Shown here: positions 11,944-22,307 of the stretch, one piece after another
How the letters are laid out: every line of letters starts with the position of its first letter
Position numbering within the stretch: the stretch's first letter is position 1
NCBI GenBank assembly: GCA_963776235.1
Contig: CAVZLT010000038.1
Coordinates: 19,818 to 83,817 of the forward strand
Source: an uncultured Alphaproteobacteria bacterium
GTDB lineage: Bacteria > Pseudomonadota > Alphaproteobacteria > Rhizobiales > Methyloligellaceae
Length of the DNA: 64,000 bases
Direction: 5' to 3'
Notes under the pieces: generated by a model
Told to the model about the DNA's origin: nothing
What the model saw: only the letters and a program-made list of their open reading frames with translations
The model's database searches: none
Position numbers and translations under genes: made by a program

Positions 11944-13761
11944 CTAGCCGATCGGCGCCGTGGCGTGGCGGAGCCAAGCCCTGTCGTCGCTCAACAGGAC
12001 AGGCTCGATCTCCCGGCGGATGCGCGCGTGATAGGCGTTGAGCCAGGCGATCTCGAAGGGCAGCAGCTGTTTCGCATCGATCAGACGCCGGTCGAACGGC
12101 ACGAGCGTCAAGGTCTCGAAGCCCAGCATCTCCCGCGTACCGCCCTTGATCGCCTCGGGCGGCGTCACCAGCACGAGATTTTCCAGCCGGATGCCGTATT
12201 GGCCTTCGCGGTAATAACCCGGCTCGTTGGAGAGGATCATGCCCGGCTCGAGCTCGACGGTGCCGAGCCGCGACAGGCGCTGCGGCCCTTCATGCACCGA
12301 CAGATAGCTGCCGACCCCATGCCCCGTGCCGTGATCGAAATCGAGTCCCGCTTCCCACAGCGGCCGGCGCGCGAAGGGGTCGAGGTCCTGCCCGCGCGTG
12401 CCCTTGGGGAAGCGCGCGGTGGCGATGGCGATATGCGCCTTCAGCACGAGCCCGTAGTGCCGCTTCATCTCCGCCGTGGGCGTGCCGATGGCGATCGTGC
12501 GGGTGACGTCGGTGGTGCCGTCGCGATATTGCGCGCCTGAATCGATGAGATAGAGCAGGCCGGCTTCCAACGGGCGCTTGCCCTTGGTGGTCGGGCGGTA
12601 ATGCACGATGGCGCCGTTGGCGCCCACCGCCGAGATGGTGTCGAAGCTGATGTCTCGGAGCTGACCGGACTCGCGACGGCTATCTTCCAGTTTCATGGCC
12701 GCGGCGATCTCGTCGACCTTGCCCGACTCCGCGACCTCGTCGAGCCATGCCAGGAAGCGCGCCATGGCCACCCCGTCGCGCAAATGCGCGGCGCGCGCAC
12801 CCTTGATCTCCACCTCGTTCTTGATGGCTTTGGGATGGATGCAGGGGTCCGGGCCCGGCACGAATTTCACGCCGTCGGCCTGCAGCGCCTGCGCGAACTT
12901 GATCGGCGCCGAGTCCGGATCGAGCCGCACGCGGGCGCGCGCTTCGCCCAGCGCCTTGAGCTTCTCCATCAGCGCGGCCGGCTCGGCGAGATCGAGAAAC
13001 TCGCGCAAGCTGCCTTTGACGTTGTCGCCGATCTTGGCGGGATCGATGTAGAGCGTCGGCTTGCCGCTCGCCGGCACGATGGCGAAAGCGAGCGCGACCG
13101 GCGTATGCCTGATGTCGCCACCCCTGATGTTGAACAGCCAGGCGATCGAATCCAGCATGGTCAGCAGCACGGCGTCGATGTTCTCGTCCTTCAGCAGCGC
13201 CTGCACGTCGCGGATCTTGTCGTGTGCGCTCTTGCCCGCATATTCGACCCCATGCGGCACGATCTCCGCCGCTGACGGCTTCGGCCGGTCTTGCCAGACG
13301 ACATCGATGAGATTGGTATCGACGGGAATGAGCTTGATGCCCGCCTTGCCGAGGGTCTCGGTCAGCCGTTCGATTTCCTTGATGGTGTGCAACGCCGGGT
13401 CGTAGCCGATCGTGGCGCCCTTGCCGAGCTTCTCGGCGATCCAGCTCGACGCCTTGGCGTCGGGTGTCTGCAACACTTCGAACAGGGTGGCGTCGGTCTG
13501 CGCGCGCGCTTGCAGCGTGTAGCGCCCGTCGACGAACAACGCCGCCGCCTTCTCCAGCACGATGGCCACGCCGGCCGATCCGGTGAAGCCGGTGAGCCAC
13601 GCCAGGCGCTCGGCGGGAGGGGCCAGGAACTCGTCCTGATGCTCATCGCTATGCGGAACGAGAAAGCCCTTGAGCTTTCGCGTTTTCAATTCCCGCTGCA
13701 ACGCTTTCACCCGCTCGCCGCTCGCGGCCGGGGAACTGACATCGTCGAATATTTGATACAT
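11944..13761 (-). CDS. Xaa-Pro aminopeptidase (M24)
   Basis: DSGAQYRDGTTDVTRT, HGTGHGVG, VHEGP, NEPGYY, GIRLEN. Confidence 0.95.
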   Translation of the reverse strand: MYQIFDDVSSPAASGERVKALQRELKTRKLKGFLVPHSDEHQDEFLAPPAERLAWLTGFTGSAGVAIVLEKAAALFVDGRYTLQARAQTDATLFEVLQTPDAKASSWIAEKLGKGATIGYDPALHTIKEIERLTETLGKAGIKLIPVDTNLIDVVWQDRPKPSAAEIVPHGVEYAGKSAHDKIRDVQALLKDENIDAVLLTMLDSIAWLFNIRGGDIRHTPVALAFAIVPASGKPTLYIDPAKIGDNVKGSLREFLDLAEPAALMEKLKALGEARARVRLDPDSAPIKFAQALQADGVKFVPGPDPCIHPKAIKNEVEIKGARAAHLRDGVAMARFLAWLDEVAESGKVDEIAAAMKLEDSRRESGQLRDISFDTISAVGANGAIVHYRPTTKGKRPLEAGLLYLIDSGAQYRDGTTDVTRTIAIGTPTAEMKRHYGLVLKAHIAIATARFPKGTRGQDLDPFARRPLWEAGLDFDHGTGHGVGSYLSVHEGPQRLSRLGTVELEPGMILSNEPGYYREGQYGIRLENLVLVTPPEAIKGGTREMLGFETLTLVPFDRRLIDAKQLLPFEIAWLNAYHARIRREIEPVLLSDDRAWLRHATAPIG

Positions 13762-13795
13762 GGCCGGCCTTTGTAAGCTTAAAGCTCGTCGGCGA

Positions 13796-14682
13796 TCAAT
13801 CGCGGGCAGCGCGCGCGTTGCGACGGACTATGACCAAGGTCGTCCATCCATCGAGAATGAATCGCTTTTCCATGGCGAAGCCAAGGCTCAAGTAGCGCGC
13901 CGCGATGCCTCGCGCCTGGGTTTCGGTGAGGCCGGACAGGATCGCCCGGCCGCCCGCCGCGACCGTTTGAGCGAAGGCCGGGGCGAGGTCGTACAGCGCG
14001 CGCTCGAGCAGATTGGCCAGCACGAGATCGGCCTTGTGGCCCCGCAACCGGGAATGCCCGAAGCCGCGCGCCCTGAGCGTGCCCACCAGCGGCCCGACGC
14101 CATTCATCCGCGCATTCTCCGCCGCGATTTGGACCGCGAGCGGGTCGCTGTCGCTCGCGGTGACTTTTCGCCTGAGCACCTTGGCGGCGGCGATGGCGAG
14201 GATTCCGGTGCCGGTGCCGATATCGACGACCTTGCGCGGACGCCGCCGCTTGAGAGTGTCGTCGAGCGCGAGCAGGCAGCCGCGCGTTGAGGCATGGTGC
14301 GCCGTGCCGAAGGCTTGGCCCGCGTCGATCTCGATGCTGAATCGTCCGCGTGCCACGCGGCCCCGGTCATGGCTGCCATGCACGAGAAAGCGGCCCGCCG
14401 CGACCGGCCCGCGCTGCCCCTGCGACAGCGTCACCCAATCGGCTTCCGGCAGCGCCTCGATGCGGAGCGCCCCGAGCGCGCCGTCGCCGGTGGCCGCGCG
14501 ATCAACAGCAGCAGAGCATCGCGGGGAGGCGACTCCGCGTAATGGGCGAAGATCTCGAACCGGCCATGTCCGCGATCGAACAGCCCGACCGCGACCGCTT
14601 CCGGCTCGATCGCCTCTTCAAGCGCGCGGACGATATGCTCGGCCTGCGGCGCATCCGCCTCGATGCTGGCCTGATGCATCAT
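13796..14682 (-). CDS. prmA: Ribosomal protein L11 methyltransferase (apparent frameshift at ~14495)
   Basis: AFGTAHHAST, DIGTGTGILAI, ILSGL in 13796..14434; N-terminal part in 14431..14682. Confidence 0.85.
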
Positions 14683-16043
14683 CGGCCGGAGGATTTCGCT
14701 TGCCGGTCGAGACTATCGACGTCGAGCAGCCGGTCCCACAAGCGGTCGAGATGCGCGCGCGCGTCCTCCGGCGCGATCGCCGAAAATCTCCCATCCGCGT
14801 CGGCGCTGACCAGCCCGTCGGCGCGCAGCCGCTTCAGCGCGTCCCCGGCATCGAAATTGACGCTGACGCCGCAGCGCTCCGCGAGGAAACGCGTGACCAT
14901 GGTCTTGAGCTGGGGCAGCGCGTCATGCCCCGAGGGGTGGCGGGCGAGGAAGGCATAAAGCAGCATGTCCTCTTTCACGTCCTCCTCCTCGGCGCCGTCG
15001 GCGATCAGCGTCAGCGCGCCGCGATTATTGGCGAGGCTGCAGAAATAGAGATTCTGCGCCAACACCATCATGTAGTGGTTGCGGGTGTGGAAGAACTTCA
15101 TCGCCTGGCGGAAGATCACCGCGCTCAGGCCGAACACGCCGAAGGCGAGCGTGAAGGGATTGGTGGCGGCCAGCAGCTTGGTCGCGGTCCCCGCTACCCC
15201 GGCGACCGTCCCACCGCCCGCAGTCACCATCAGCTTCAGCTTGTCGAATGGCATGAACGCGACTTGGGTGTTGGGAAACAGCATCTCGATGTCGACCTGC
15301 GGGATGCGCTTGAAGATCTTCACGTAGATGTAGTCGCTCGACACGCCGGGTGGGAAATGCGCGCGTGCCTTCTCCACTTCGCGTGCGGCACGCGCGCGGT
15401 CGACTTGCGTCGACGCCATGATCTCGGCGATGCGGATCTCGGCGGGCTTGAGCTTCAACAGCAGGAACAGCCGCTCGAAGATCGGCACGTCGAGCCGGTC
15501 CTTGCGCAGATAGAGCCGCCAGGGATTGCGCTCTTCGCGCCGGATGGTGCCGGTGCCGCGATAATACAGCAACGCCTCGTCGAACTCGCTCAAGTCGACC
15601 TTGAGATTGAGCCCGTAGGGCGATTGCTCGACCAGCAGGCGCTGCACGTCGTCGCGGGAGAGCCGCACGAAATTCGCTTGCGCCAGCATCCTCTCGATGC
15701 CGGCGATGAACTCGGCCCGCGCCTTGTCGCGCGCGTCGACGTCGAGCTCGAGCAGATTGGCCGTGTCGCTGTCGGGGCAGAACGGGAGATAGTCCTCGAT
15801 CAGGTCGAGCAGGCGCCGGCGATGCTCCTGATGCCGCCAGGCGGCGAGGCAATCGAGCGCGCGACCCCAAGCCTTCCGGTCGCCGCCGCCCTCGGCGAGC
15901 ATGGCGATGAGCTTGGCTCTGAGCCCATAGCGGCTGACCGGAATGAACCGCTCGCGGGCGTGCACCTTGGGCGCCGCGGCTTTGGCCGTCTCGCTTGCCT
16001 TGGCGGCAGGCGAGGGCGCCGACGCGGTATCGAGCAACTGCAT
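14679..16043 (-). CDS. DUF3754 / TMEM143-like protein
   Basis: RERFIP, KIFKRIPQVDIEMLFPN, two central TMs, LYFCSLANNRG, AEEEDVKE. Confidence 0.75.
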   Translation of the reverse strand: MQLLDTASAPSPAAKASETAKAAAPKVHARERFIPVSRYGLRAKLIAMLAEGGGDRKAWGRALDCLAAWRHQEHRRRLLDLIEDYLPFCPDSDTANLLELDVDARDKARAEFIAGIERMLAQANFVRLSRDDVQRLLVEQSPYGLNLKVDLSEFDEALLYYRGTGTIRREERNPWRLYLRKDRLDVPIFERLFLLLKLKPAEIRIAEIMASTQVDRARAAREVEKARAHFPPGVSSDYIYVKIFKRIPQVDIEMLFPNTQVAFMPFDKLKLMVTAGGGTVAGVAGTATKLLAATNPFTLAFGVFGLSAVIFRQAMKFFHTRNHYMMVLAQNLYFCSLANNRGALTLIADGAEEEDVKEDMLLYAFLARHPSGHDALPQLKTMVTRFLAERCGVSVNFDAGDALKRLRADGLVSADADGRFSAIAPEDARAHLDRLWDRLLDVDSLDRQAKSSGR

Positions 16044-16095
16044 GGCGCGAAGCTTAGGCGAGCGCGCCGTTCACAATCAAATGCCGTGTCCCAGC

Positions 16096-16380
16096 CTATG
16101 GCGTGCCGGCAGCGCCCAGTCCCGACCGCGCCGCCTGCTTGCCGAAGCAGATGCGAGGCGCGTTTTCCTGCTTGCAAGGCGCGCCGGCCGGCGTGCCGCA
16201 AACGGCCGCGAGTTTCCCTTGCGCGACGCAGAACCCGTCGGGGCCGCGCCAGCCGGAGCCGCCTTTGCAGCCGCAGCCTTTGCAGCGGCAGGCATCGTCG
16301 GCGAAAGCCGTCGACGGCGCGGGCAACGCGAAAAATCCAAATGAAATCAGTACGAAAGCTGTGGCGATGAAAGCACGCAT
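16096..16380 (-). CDS. Small secreted Cys-rich hypothetical protein
   Basis: GAGG RBS, signal peptide ending AFA, CRCKGCGCKGGSGWRGPDGFC. Confidence 0.7.
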   Translation of the reverse strand: MRAFIATAFVLISFGFFALPAPSTAFADDACRCKGCGCKGGSGWRGPDGFCVAQGKLAAVCGTPAGAPCKQENAPRICFGKQAARSGLGAAGTP

Positions 16381-16469
16381 AGGGCACCTCCCTCTGTAAC
16401 CCGGGAGCAATGTACACGTTTTGTTCTTTTCAGGGAAGATGGCTCGTGCCGATCCTCAACAGACTCGGC

Positions 16470-16961
16470 TCACCAATTCAGGCAGCTGACCGAGAATTTC
16501 TTGAAGGTCGCCGGATCGGCCGGCGCGGCGATCTTGGCGCCCGGCGCGTCGATGGAAAGCTTGCGGCCCTTGCTGGCGATGTCGAGCGCAAGGCTCTTGC
16601 CCGGGACGCTCGTTTCGTAGCGATAGACCTCGCCGTCGGGCTGGTTCGGGCATTCGCTCAACCCCCCGCAGATCAGCGGCTTGAGCGGCACGTCCTTGTG
16701 GCCTTTGTCCTGCTCGATGCGCAGCACGACCTTGTCTTTGCCGGGCTTGGTGCCCGTCTCGACCTCGACCTCGATGCGCGTCTCGTCCTTGCCCGTCTCG
16801 CCTTCCTGTTGTCCGCAAGAGATGGAAAGAACCGGCCTGTCAGGCTCGCCGTAGAACAGATAGGCGATCTCGGATTTCTCGACGGTCCACAGCGGCGCAG
16901 CGCCGGCACTCGACGCCACGCAAGCAACCGCGACGGCAAGCAACACAGAAGGCCGCATCAC
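16470..16961 (-). CDS. Secreted hypothetical protein
   Basis: Signal peptide ending AGA; start overlaps the uvrD stop; four Cys in the mature part. Confidence 0.7.
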   Translation of the reverse strand: MMRPSVLLAVAVACVASSAGAAPLWTVEKSEIAYLFYGEPDRPVLSISCGQQEGETGKDETRIEVEVETGTKPGKDKVVLRIEQDKGHKDVPLKPLICGGLSECPNQPDGEVYRYETSVPGKSLALDIASKGRKLSIDAPGAKIAAPADPATFKKFSVSCLNW

Positions 16962-19300
16962 ACCCGCTCGACGAAGCTGTCGACCACTTTCTTCTCTCCG
17001 GCCTTGTCGAAATCGACGGTGAGCTTGTTGCCGTCGACATGCAGGATGCGGCCATAGCCGAATTTCTGATGGAACACGCGCAGGCCAACCGTAAGCCCCG
17101 CGCCCTCCGCCGTGCTGGACGCGATCAGCGTGCCGTCGATGGTGATCGGCCCGCGATTGGGCGGCGCGCCGGTCCCTTGCGGCCGGTTGCGCTGCGCGCG
17201 CTGCCAGCCCGGCGTCTCGTAGAAGCCGCTGGCGAACACATTCTCGGCCGTATCGAAGCGGCTCGGCCCATAACCGCGCAGACCCTTATCCTCGGCGACC
17301 TCGACATTGGCGACCGGCAGCTCATCGATGAAGCGCGACGGCAGCGCGCTCTGCCAGGTGCCGCGCGTGCGGCGGTTCTGCGCAAAGGTGATCTTGGCGC
17401 GCTTCCGCGCCCGCGTGAGCCCGACATGGGCGAGCCGCCGCTCCTCTTCGAGCCCCGAGCGTCCCGCCTCGTCCAGGCTGCGCTGATGGGGGAGGAGCCC
17501 TTCGTCCCATCCGGGCAGGAACACCGTGTCGAATTCGAGCCCCTTGGCCGAATGCAGCGTCATCAGGCTGACGCGCTCCGCACCTTCTTCCGTCTGCGCA
17601 TCCATCACCAGCGACACATGCTCGAGGAAACCGGCGAGCGTGTCGAACTCCTCCATGAAGCGGATCAGCTCTTTCAGGTTCTCGAGCTTCGATTGCGCCT
17701 GCGGCGAACGCTCGGACTGCCACATGCCGGTATAGCCCAACTCATCGAGGATCAGCTCGGCGAGCTCGGTATGCCGCATAGTCTCGATCATCGAGCGCCA
17801 GCGGTCGAAGGCGGCGATGAGATCGGCGAGCGCCTTGCGCGGCTTCGGCTTCAGCTCCTCGGTCTCGACGATCAGCCGCGCCGCCTGGAACAGCGGCACG
17901 CCGCGGGCGCGGGCGAGTTGATGCAGCGATTTCAGCGTGGACTCGCCGAGCCCCCGCCGCGGCGTATTGACGATGCGCTCGAATTTGAGGTCGTTGGCCG
18001 GGTTGAGCGTGACCTCGAAATAGGCGGTCGCGTCCTTGATCTCCTGCCGCTCGTAGAAGCGCGGGCCGCCGATCACGCGATAGGGCAGCCCGAGCGTGAT
18101 GAAGCGATCCTCGAAGGCGCGCATCTGGAACGACGCGCGCACCAGGATGGCGATCTCGCTCAGGGCGTGGCCCTGACGCTGCATCTGCTCGATGTCCTCG
18201 CCGATGATGCGGGCCTCCTCCTCGTCGTCCCAGCAGCCCTCGATCTCGACCTTGCCGCCCAGCTCGCCGTCGGTGCGCAGCGTCTTGCCGAGGCGGCCTT
18301 TGTTATGCGCGATCAGGCCCGAGGCCGCGCCGAGGATATGGCCGGTCGAACGGTAGTTGCGTTCGAGCCGGATGATCTTGGCGCCGGGAAAGTCGGTCTC
18401 GAAGCGCAGGATGTTGTCCACCTCGGCGCCGCGCCAGCCATAGATCGACTGATCGTCGTCGCCGACGCAGCAAATATTGCCGTTGCCCTGCGCCAGCAGC
18501 CGCAGCCACAAATATTGCGCGACGTTGGAGTCCTGATACTCGTCCACCAGCATATAGAGGAAGCGCTGCTGGTATTTCGCCAGCACGTCGGCGTGCTCCT
18601 GGAACAGCCGCAGATTTTCCAGCAGCAGATCGCCGAAATCGGCGGCGTTGAGCTCCTTCAGGCGCCGCTGATAGAGCGCATAGAGCTCGCGCGCTTTGCC
18701 GTTGGCGAAGGCGAAGCTCTCGCCTTCCGGCACGCGCTTGGGCGTAAGCCCTCGGTTCTTCCAGCCGTCGATCATGGACGCGAGCACCCGCGCCGGCCAG
18801 CGCTTCTCGTCGATATTCTCGGCATCGAGCAGTTGCTTCAACAGCCTGATCTGATCGTCGGTATCGAGCACGGTGAAAGACGGTTTCAGATCGACCAGCT
18901 CGGCATGGCGGCGGAGGATCTTGACGCCGATGGCGTGGAAGGTGCCGAGCCACGGCATGCCCTCGACCACGCCGCCGATCAACTGGCCGATGCGGAGTTT
19001 CATCTCGCGCGCGGCCTTGTTGGTGAAGGTCACGGCGAGAATCTCTCCCGGCCGCGCTCGGCCCAAGCTCAAAATATGGGCAATGCGCGTCGTCAGCACC
19101 CGTGTCTTGCCCGTGCCGGCGCCGGCCAGCACCAGCAACGGGCCATCGAGCGTCTCGACCGCCTCGCGCTGCTCCGGATTGAGCGCGTCGAGATAGCTCG
19201 CCGGGCGAAGCCGCATGGCGCGCTGCGAGGTCGAAAGCTCTGCGTCCGCTGGGGCGGGGAGCGGTTGGGCCTCAAAGGCCGAGGAGCGAATCTTTTTCAT
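16958..19300 (-). CDS. uvrD: UvrD/PcrA superfamily 1 DNA helicase
   Basis: AGAGTGKT, VDEYQD, VGDDDQSIY, LERNYRS, TLHSAKGLEF, C-terminal HQKFGYG. Confidence 0.96.
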   Translation of the reverse strand: MKKIRSSAFEAQPLPAPADAELSTSQRAMRLRPASYLDALNPEQREAVETLDGPLLVLAGAGTGKTRVLTTRIAHILSLGRARPGEILAVTFTNKAAREMKLRIGQLIGGVVEGMPWLGTFHAIGVKILRRHAELVDLKPSFTVLDTDDQIRLLKQLLDAENIDEKRWPARVLASMIDGWKNRGLTPKRVPEGESFAFANGKARELYALYQRRLKELNAADFGDLLLENLRLFQEHADVLAKYQQRFLYMLVDEYQDSNVAQYLWLRLLAQGNGNICCVGDDDQSIYGWRGAEVDNILRFETDFPGAKIIRLERNYRSTGHILGAASGLIAHNKGRLGKTLRTDGELGGKVEIEGCWDDEEEARIIGEDIEQMQRQGHALSEIAILVRASFQMRAFEDRFITLGLPYRVIGGPRFYERQEIKDATAYFEVTLNPANDLKFERIVNTPRRGLGESTLKSLHQLARARGVPLFQAARLIVETEELKPKPRKALADLIAAFDRWRSMIETMRHTELAELILDELGYTGMWQSERSPQAQSKLENLKELIRFMEEFDTLAGFLEHVSLVMDAQTEEGAERVSLMTLHSAKGLEFDTVFLPGWDEGLLPHQRSLDEAGRSGLEEERRLAHVGLTRARKRAKITFAQNRRTRGTWQSALPSRFIDELPVANVEVAEDKGLRGYGPSRFDTAENVFASGFYETPGWQRAQRNRPQGTGAPPNRGPITIDGTLIASSTAEGAGLTVGLRVFHQKFGYGRILHVDGNKLTVDFDKAGEKKVVDSFVERV

Positions 19301-19545
19301 GATCTAAAGGACTATATCATCCGGGCGGGCCTACAAAAAAAGGCCGACGCGAAAAATGACACCCGCTCGCTCGTCGGTGTCGCCGATTGCCCCTGCGCCC
19401 GTTAGACGCTTGACGCCGCGCCAGCGAACACGCCAATCTTGGTTCTGACAAAAAACTGCGGGGAAAGTCTGTTATTGCCGTCGTGCTGATTCGACGGTGC
19501 GGCACGCAACAAATTCAGCTTCACGCCAGTCGGGAGAACGGGAAC

Positions 19546-19929
19546 ATGCTTCGAGTTTTGAGGATGGGCATCGCTGTGCTTGGAGTTGCGATGGTGACCA
19601 TTGGCGCGATCCAGCCTGCCGAGGCGGCGTGCCAGCTGATCAAGGCCACCGCGAGCGCGGACTCCAAGGCCGACGCCGCCAAGAGTTCGCAAGCGCTTAC
19701 GTTACAGAGTGCTTCCGAGCTGAAGCATTCCAAGCGGTGGGCCTACGTTACCCTCTACGCCTATCGGGTGAAGGGCGATCCGTTCTGGAAGGCCGTGCGC
19801 CCCGATGGGGTCCCGAAGGATGCCCAACTGAAGCCCGACATCATCACCTCGCGCTTCTACACGACCTGCTTCACCGGCGTGGTCGTGCCTTATGTCTGCA
19901 CCACGGGCTCGAGCGTCTGCGGCCAGTAG
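19546..19929 (+). CDS. Secreted hypothetical protein
   Basis: GGGA RBS, signal peptide ending AEA, four Cys. Confidence 0.7.
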   Translation: MLRVLRMGIAVLGVAMVTIGAIQPAEAACQLIKATASADSKADAAKSSQALTLQSASELKHSKRWAYVTLYAYRVKGDPFWKAVRPDGVPKDAQLKPDIITSRFYTTCFTGVVVPYVCTTGSSVCGQ

Positions 19930-20093
19930 CGCTCTCACTTCCGATTGTCATTGCCCGGCTTGGACACCGTTTTTGGGTCCGCGCGACAATTCGCGCACGC
20001 GAACGATGGCCGCGAAACGTTGCTGCCTCATCGTCGCCACACGGCGTGATAAGCTTGTTTATCAACCGTGTTTCGCTTACCTGAGTCAAATAC

Positions 20094-20756
20094 ATGAGCC
20101 GGATCAGAGATAGCGTCGCCGATTTTCCAAGCTACTCGCTCCGCGAGCGCGTGGCCGACGGCTGCATCCATGTGCTGGGTGTCACCGCCAGCCTGGTCGG
20201 TCTGACCGCGCTCCTCGTCATCGGCATCAGATCGCAGATGCTGCCGTGGGTCGTGAGCCTCACCATTTACGGTCTTGCTCTGGTCGCGACCTTCAGTTTC
20301 TCCGCCGGTTACCACCTGGTGGCCCGACCCAGGATCAAGGAAGTCCTGCGCCGGCTCGATCATGCCGCGATCTTTCTGATGATCGCCGGCACCTACACGC
20401 CTTTCATTCTGATCAAGATGCAAACGCCCTGGGGATTCGGTCTGCTCGCCGTGGTGTGGACCATGGCGGCCATCGGCATCGCCATCAAGCTCTTCCTGCC
20501 GCGCTTCCTCGACGGACTCTCGACCGCCCTTTATCTGGTGCAAGGTTGGGCCGTACTGGCGGCATGGGAGCCATTGATGTCGGCGCTGCCGGGCACCGTG
20601 CTGACGCTGCTCATGGTTGGCGGGGTGCTCTACACCATCGGCGTCGTGTTCCATCTCTGGGAGCGGCTGCCGTACCAGAACGCCATCTGGCACGGCTTCG
20701 TGCTGTCGGCGGCAAGCTGCCATTTCGCCGCCGTGATGTCGGTCGTCAGCCTGTAG
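20094..20756 (+). CDS. Hemolysin III / PAQR family membrane protein
   Basis: RRLDHAAIFLMIAGTYTP, LYLVQGW, AIWHGFVL; seven TMs. Confidence 0.92.
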   Translation: MSRIRDSVADFPSYSLRERVADGCIHVLGVTASLVGLTALLVIGIRSQMLPWVVSLTIYGLALVATFSFSAGYHLVARPRIKEVLRRLDHAAIFLMIAGTYTPFILIKMQTPWGFGLLAVVWTMAAIGIAIKLFLPRFLDGLSTALYLVQGWAVLAAWEPLMSALPGTVLTLLMVGGVLYTIGVVFHLWERLPYQNAIWHGFVLSAASCHFAAVMSVVSL

Positions 20757-20813
20757 CCGCTGCTGGCGGAAAACCCTAAGCTTTCGCCGCGAAGCACCTT
20801 ATAACATGGCGCC

Positions 20814-22229
20814 ATGACCGCGGTCGTGGCCGAGCCGGAAGCACACTCCAGGGCGGAGAGCAAAAGTGCGCTCTTTGCCAAATTGGCCGCGCGCTTCGGC
20901 GGCCGGTTCTCGGTGGGCCAGGCGCTGCGCGAGCAGCACGCCAACACGCTCACCTGGCTCAAACGCGAGCCGCCCGACGCCGTTCTTTTTGCCGAGACCG
21001 AGGCCGAGGTGGCCGACGTCGTGAAGCTGTGTGCCGAAGCCAAGGTTCCGGTGATCCCCTTCGGCACCGGCACCTCGCTCGAAGGCCATGTCAATGCGCC
21101 GTTCGGCGGCATCTCGCTCGATCTGTCGCGCATGAACCGCATCGTTGCCGTGCATGAAGCCGATCTCGACTGCGTGGTCGAGCCGGGCGTGACGCGGAAG
21201 GCGCTCAACGAGCACTTGCGCGACTCGGGCCTTTTCTTCCCGGTCGACCCCGGCGCCGATGCCAGCCTCGGCGGCATGGCGGCGACCCGCGCCTCCGGCA
21301 CCAATGCCGTGCGCTACGGCACGATGCGCGACGCCGTGCTCGGGCTTAATGTGGTGCTGGCCGATGGCAGCGTGATCGCAACCGGGGGCAGGGCGCGGAA
21401 GTCGTCCGCCGGCTACGACCTCACGCGTCTCATGATCGGCTCCGAAGGCACGCTCGGCGTCATCACCCGCCTCACCCTCAAGCTCTACGGCATTCCCGAG
21501 ACGATCCTCTCCGCGGTCTGCCCGTTCGCCTCGATCGAAGGCGCCTGCAACGCCACCATCGCCGCGCTGCAAATGGGCATCCCGCTTGCCCGCATCGAGC
21601 TGCTCGACGAGGTGCAGGTCCGCGCCTGCAATGCCTATTCGCATCTCAGCCTGCCCGAGACACCGACGCTCTTTCTCGAGTTTCACGGCACCCCTTCGTC
21701 CACGCGCGAGCAGGTCGAGGCGTTCGCCGAGATCGCGCGCGCCGAAGGGGGAGGGGACTACGCTTACGCCGAACGCCCCGAGGACCGCAGCAAGCTCTGG
21801 CAGGCGCGCCATGACGCGTATTGGTCGGCGCGCGGGCTGAGACCCGGCGCCGAGGTTCTGTCGACCGACGTCTGCGTGCCGATCTCGGCGTTGGCCGCCT
21901 GCGTCAGCGCCACCCGCCAGGACATCGACCGGCTCGGACTGCTCGCCCCCATCGTCGGCCATGTAGGCGACGGCAATTTCCATGTCCTGCCGCTGATCGA
22001 TCCCGGCGACTTGGAGGAGCGGCGGAAGGTGCAGGCCTTCCTCGAACGGCTGATCGAGCGCGCCCTGTCCTATGGCGGGACGTGCACGGGAGAGCATGGC
22101 ATCGGCCAGGGCAAGATTAACTACCTGCTCGCCGAGCATGGCGGAGGAGTTCAGGCCATGATTGCCATAAAAAAGGCGCTCGATCCGTTGAATATCCTCA
22201 ATCCTGGCAAGGTTTTTGCGTTACCATGA
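20814..22229 (+). CDS. FAD-linked oxidase (D-lactate dehydrogenase/GlcD-like)
   Basis: GTGTSLEGH, RKSSAGYDL, GHVGDGNFH, GEHGIG, NPGK. Confidence 0.9.
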   Translation: MTAVVAEPEAHSRAESKSALFAKLAARFGGRFSVGQALREQHANTLTWLKREPPDAVLFAETEAEVADVVKLCAEAKVPVIPFGTGTSLEGHVNAPFGGISLDLSRMNRIVAVHEADLDCVVEPGVTRKALNEHLRDSGLFFPVDPGADASLGGMAATRASGTNAVRYGTMRDAVLGLNVVLADGSVIATGGRARKSSAGYDLTRLMIGSEGTLGVITRLTLKLYGIPETILSAVCPFASIEGACNATIAALQMGIPLARIELLDEVQVRACNAYSHLSLPETPTLFLEFHGTPSSTREQVEAFAEIARAEGGGDYAYAERPEDRSKLWQARHDAYWSARGLRPGAEVLSTDVCVPISALAACVSATRQDIDRLGLLAPIVGHVGDGNFHVLPLIDPGDLEERRKVQAFLERLIERALSYGGTCTGEHGIGQGKINYLLAEHGGGVQAMIAIKKALDPLNILNPGKVFALP

Positions 22230-22307
22230 CGGCGCGTCGCGAGGGAGCCGGGTTCCTCGGCGCATTCCCGCACAGATGCGCGCCTTTAGCCTTGGGTTAG
22301 AACGGCA

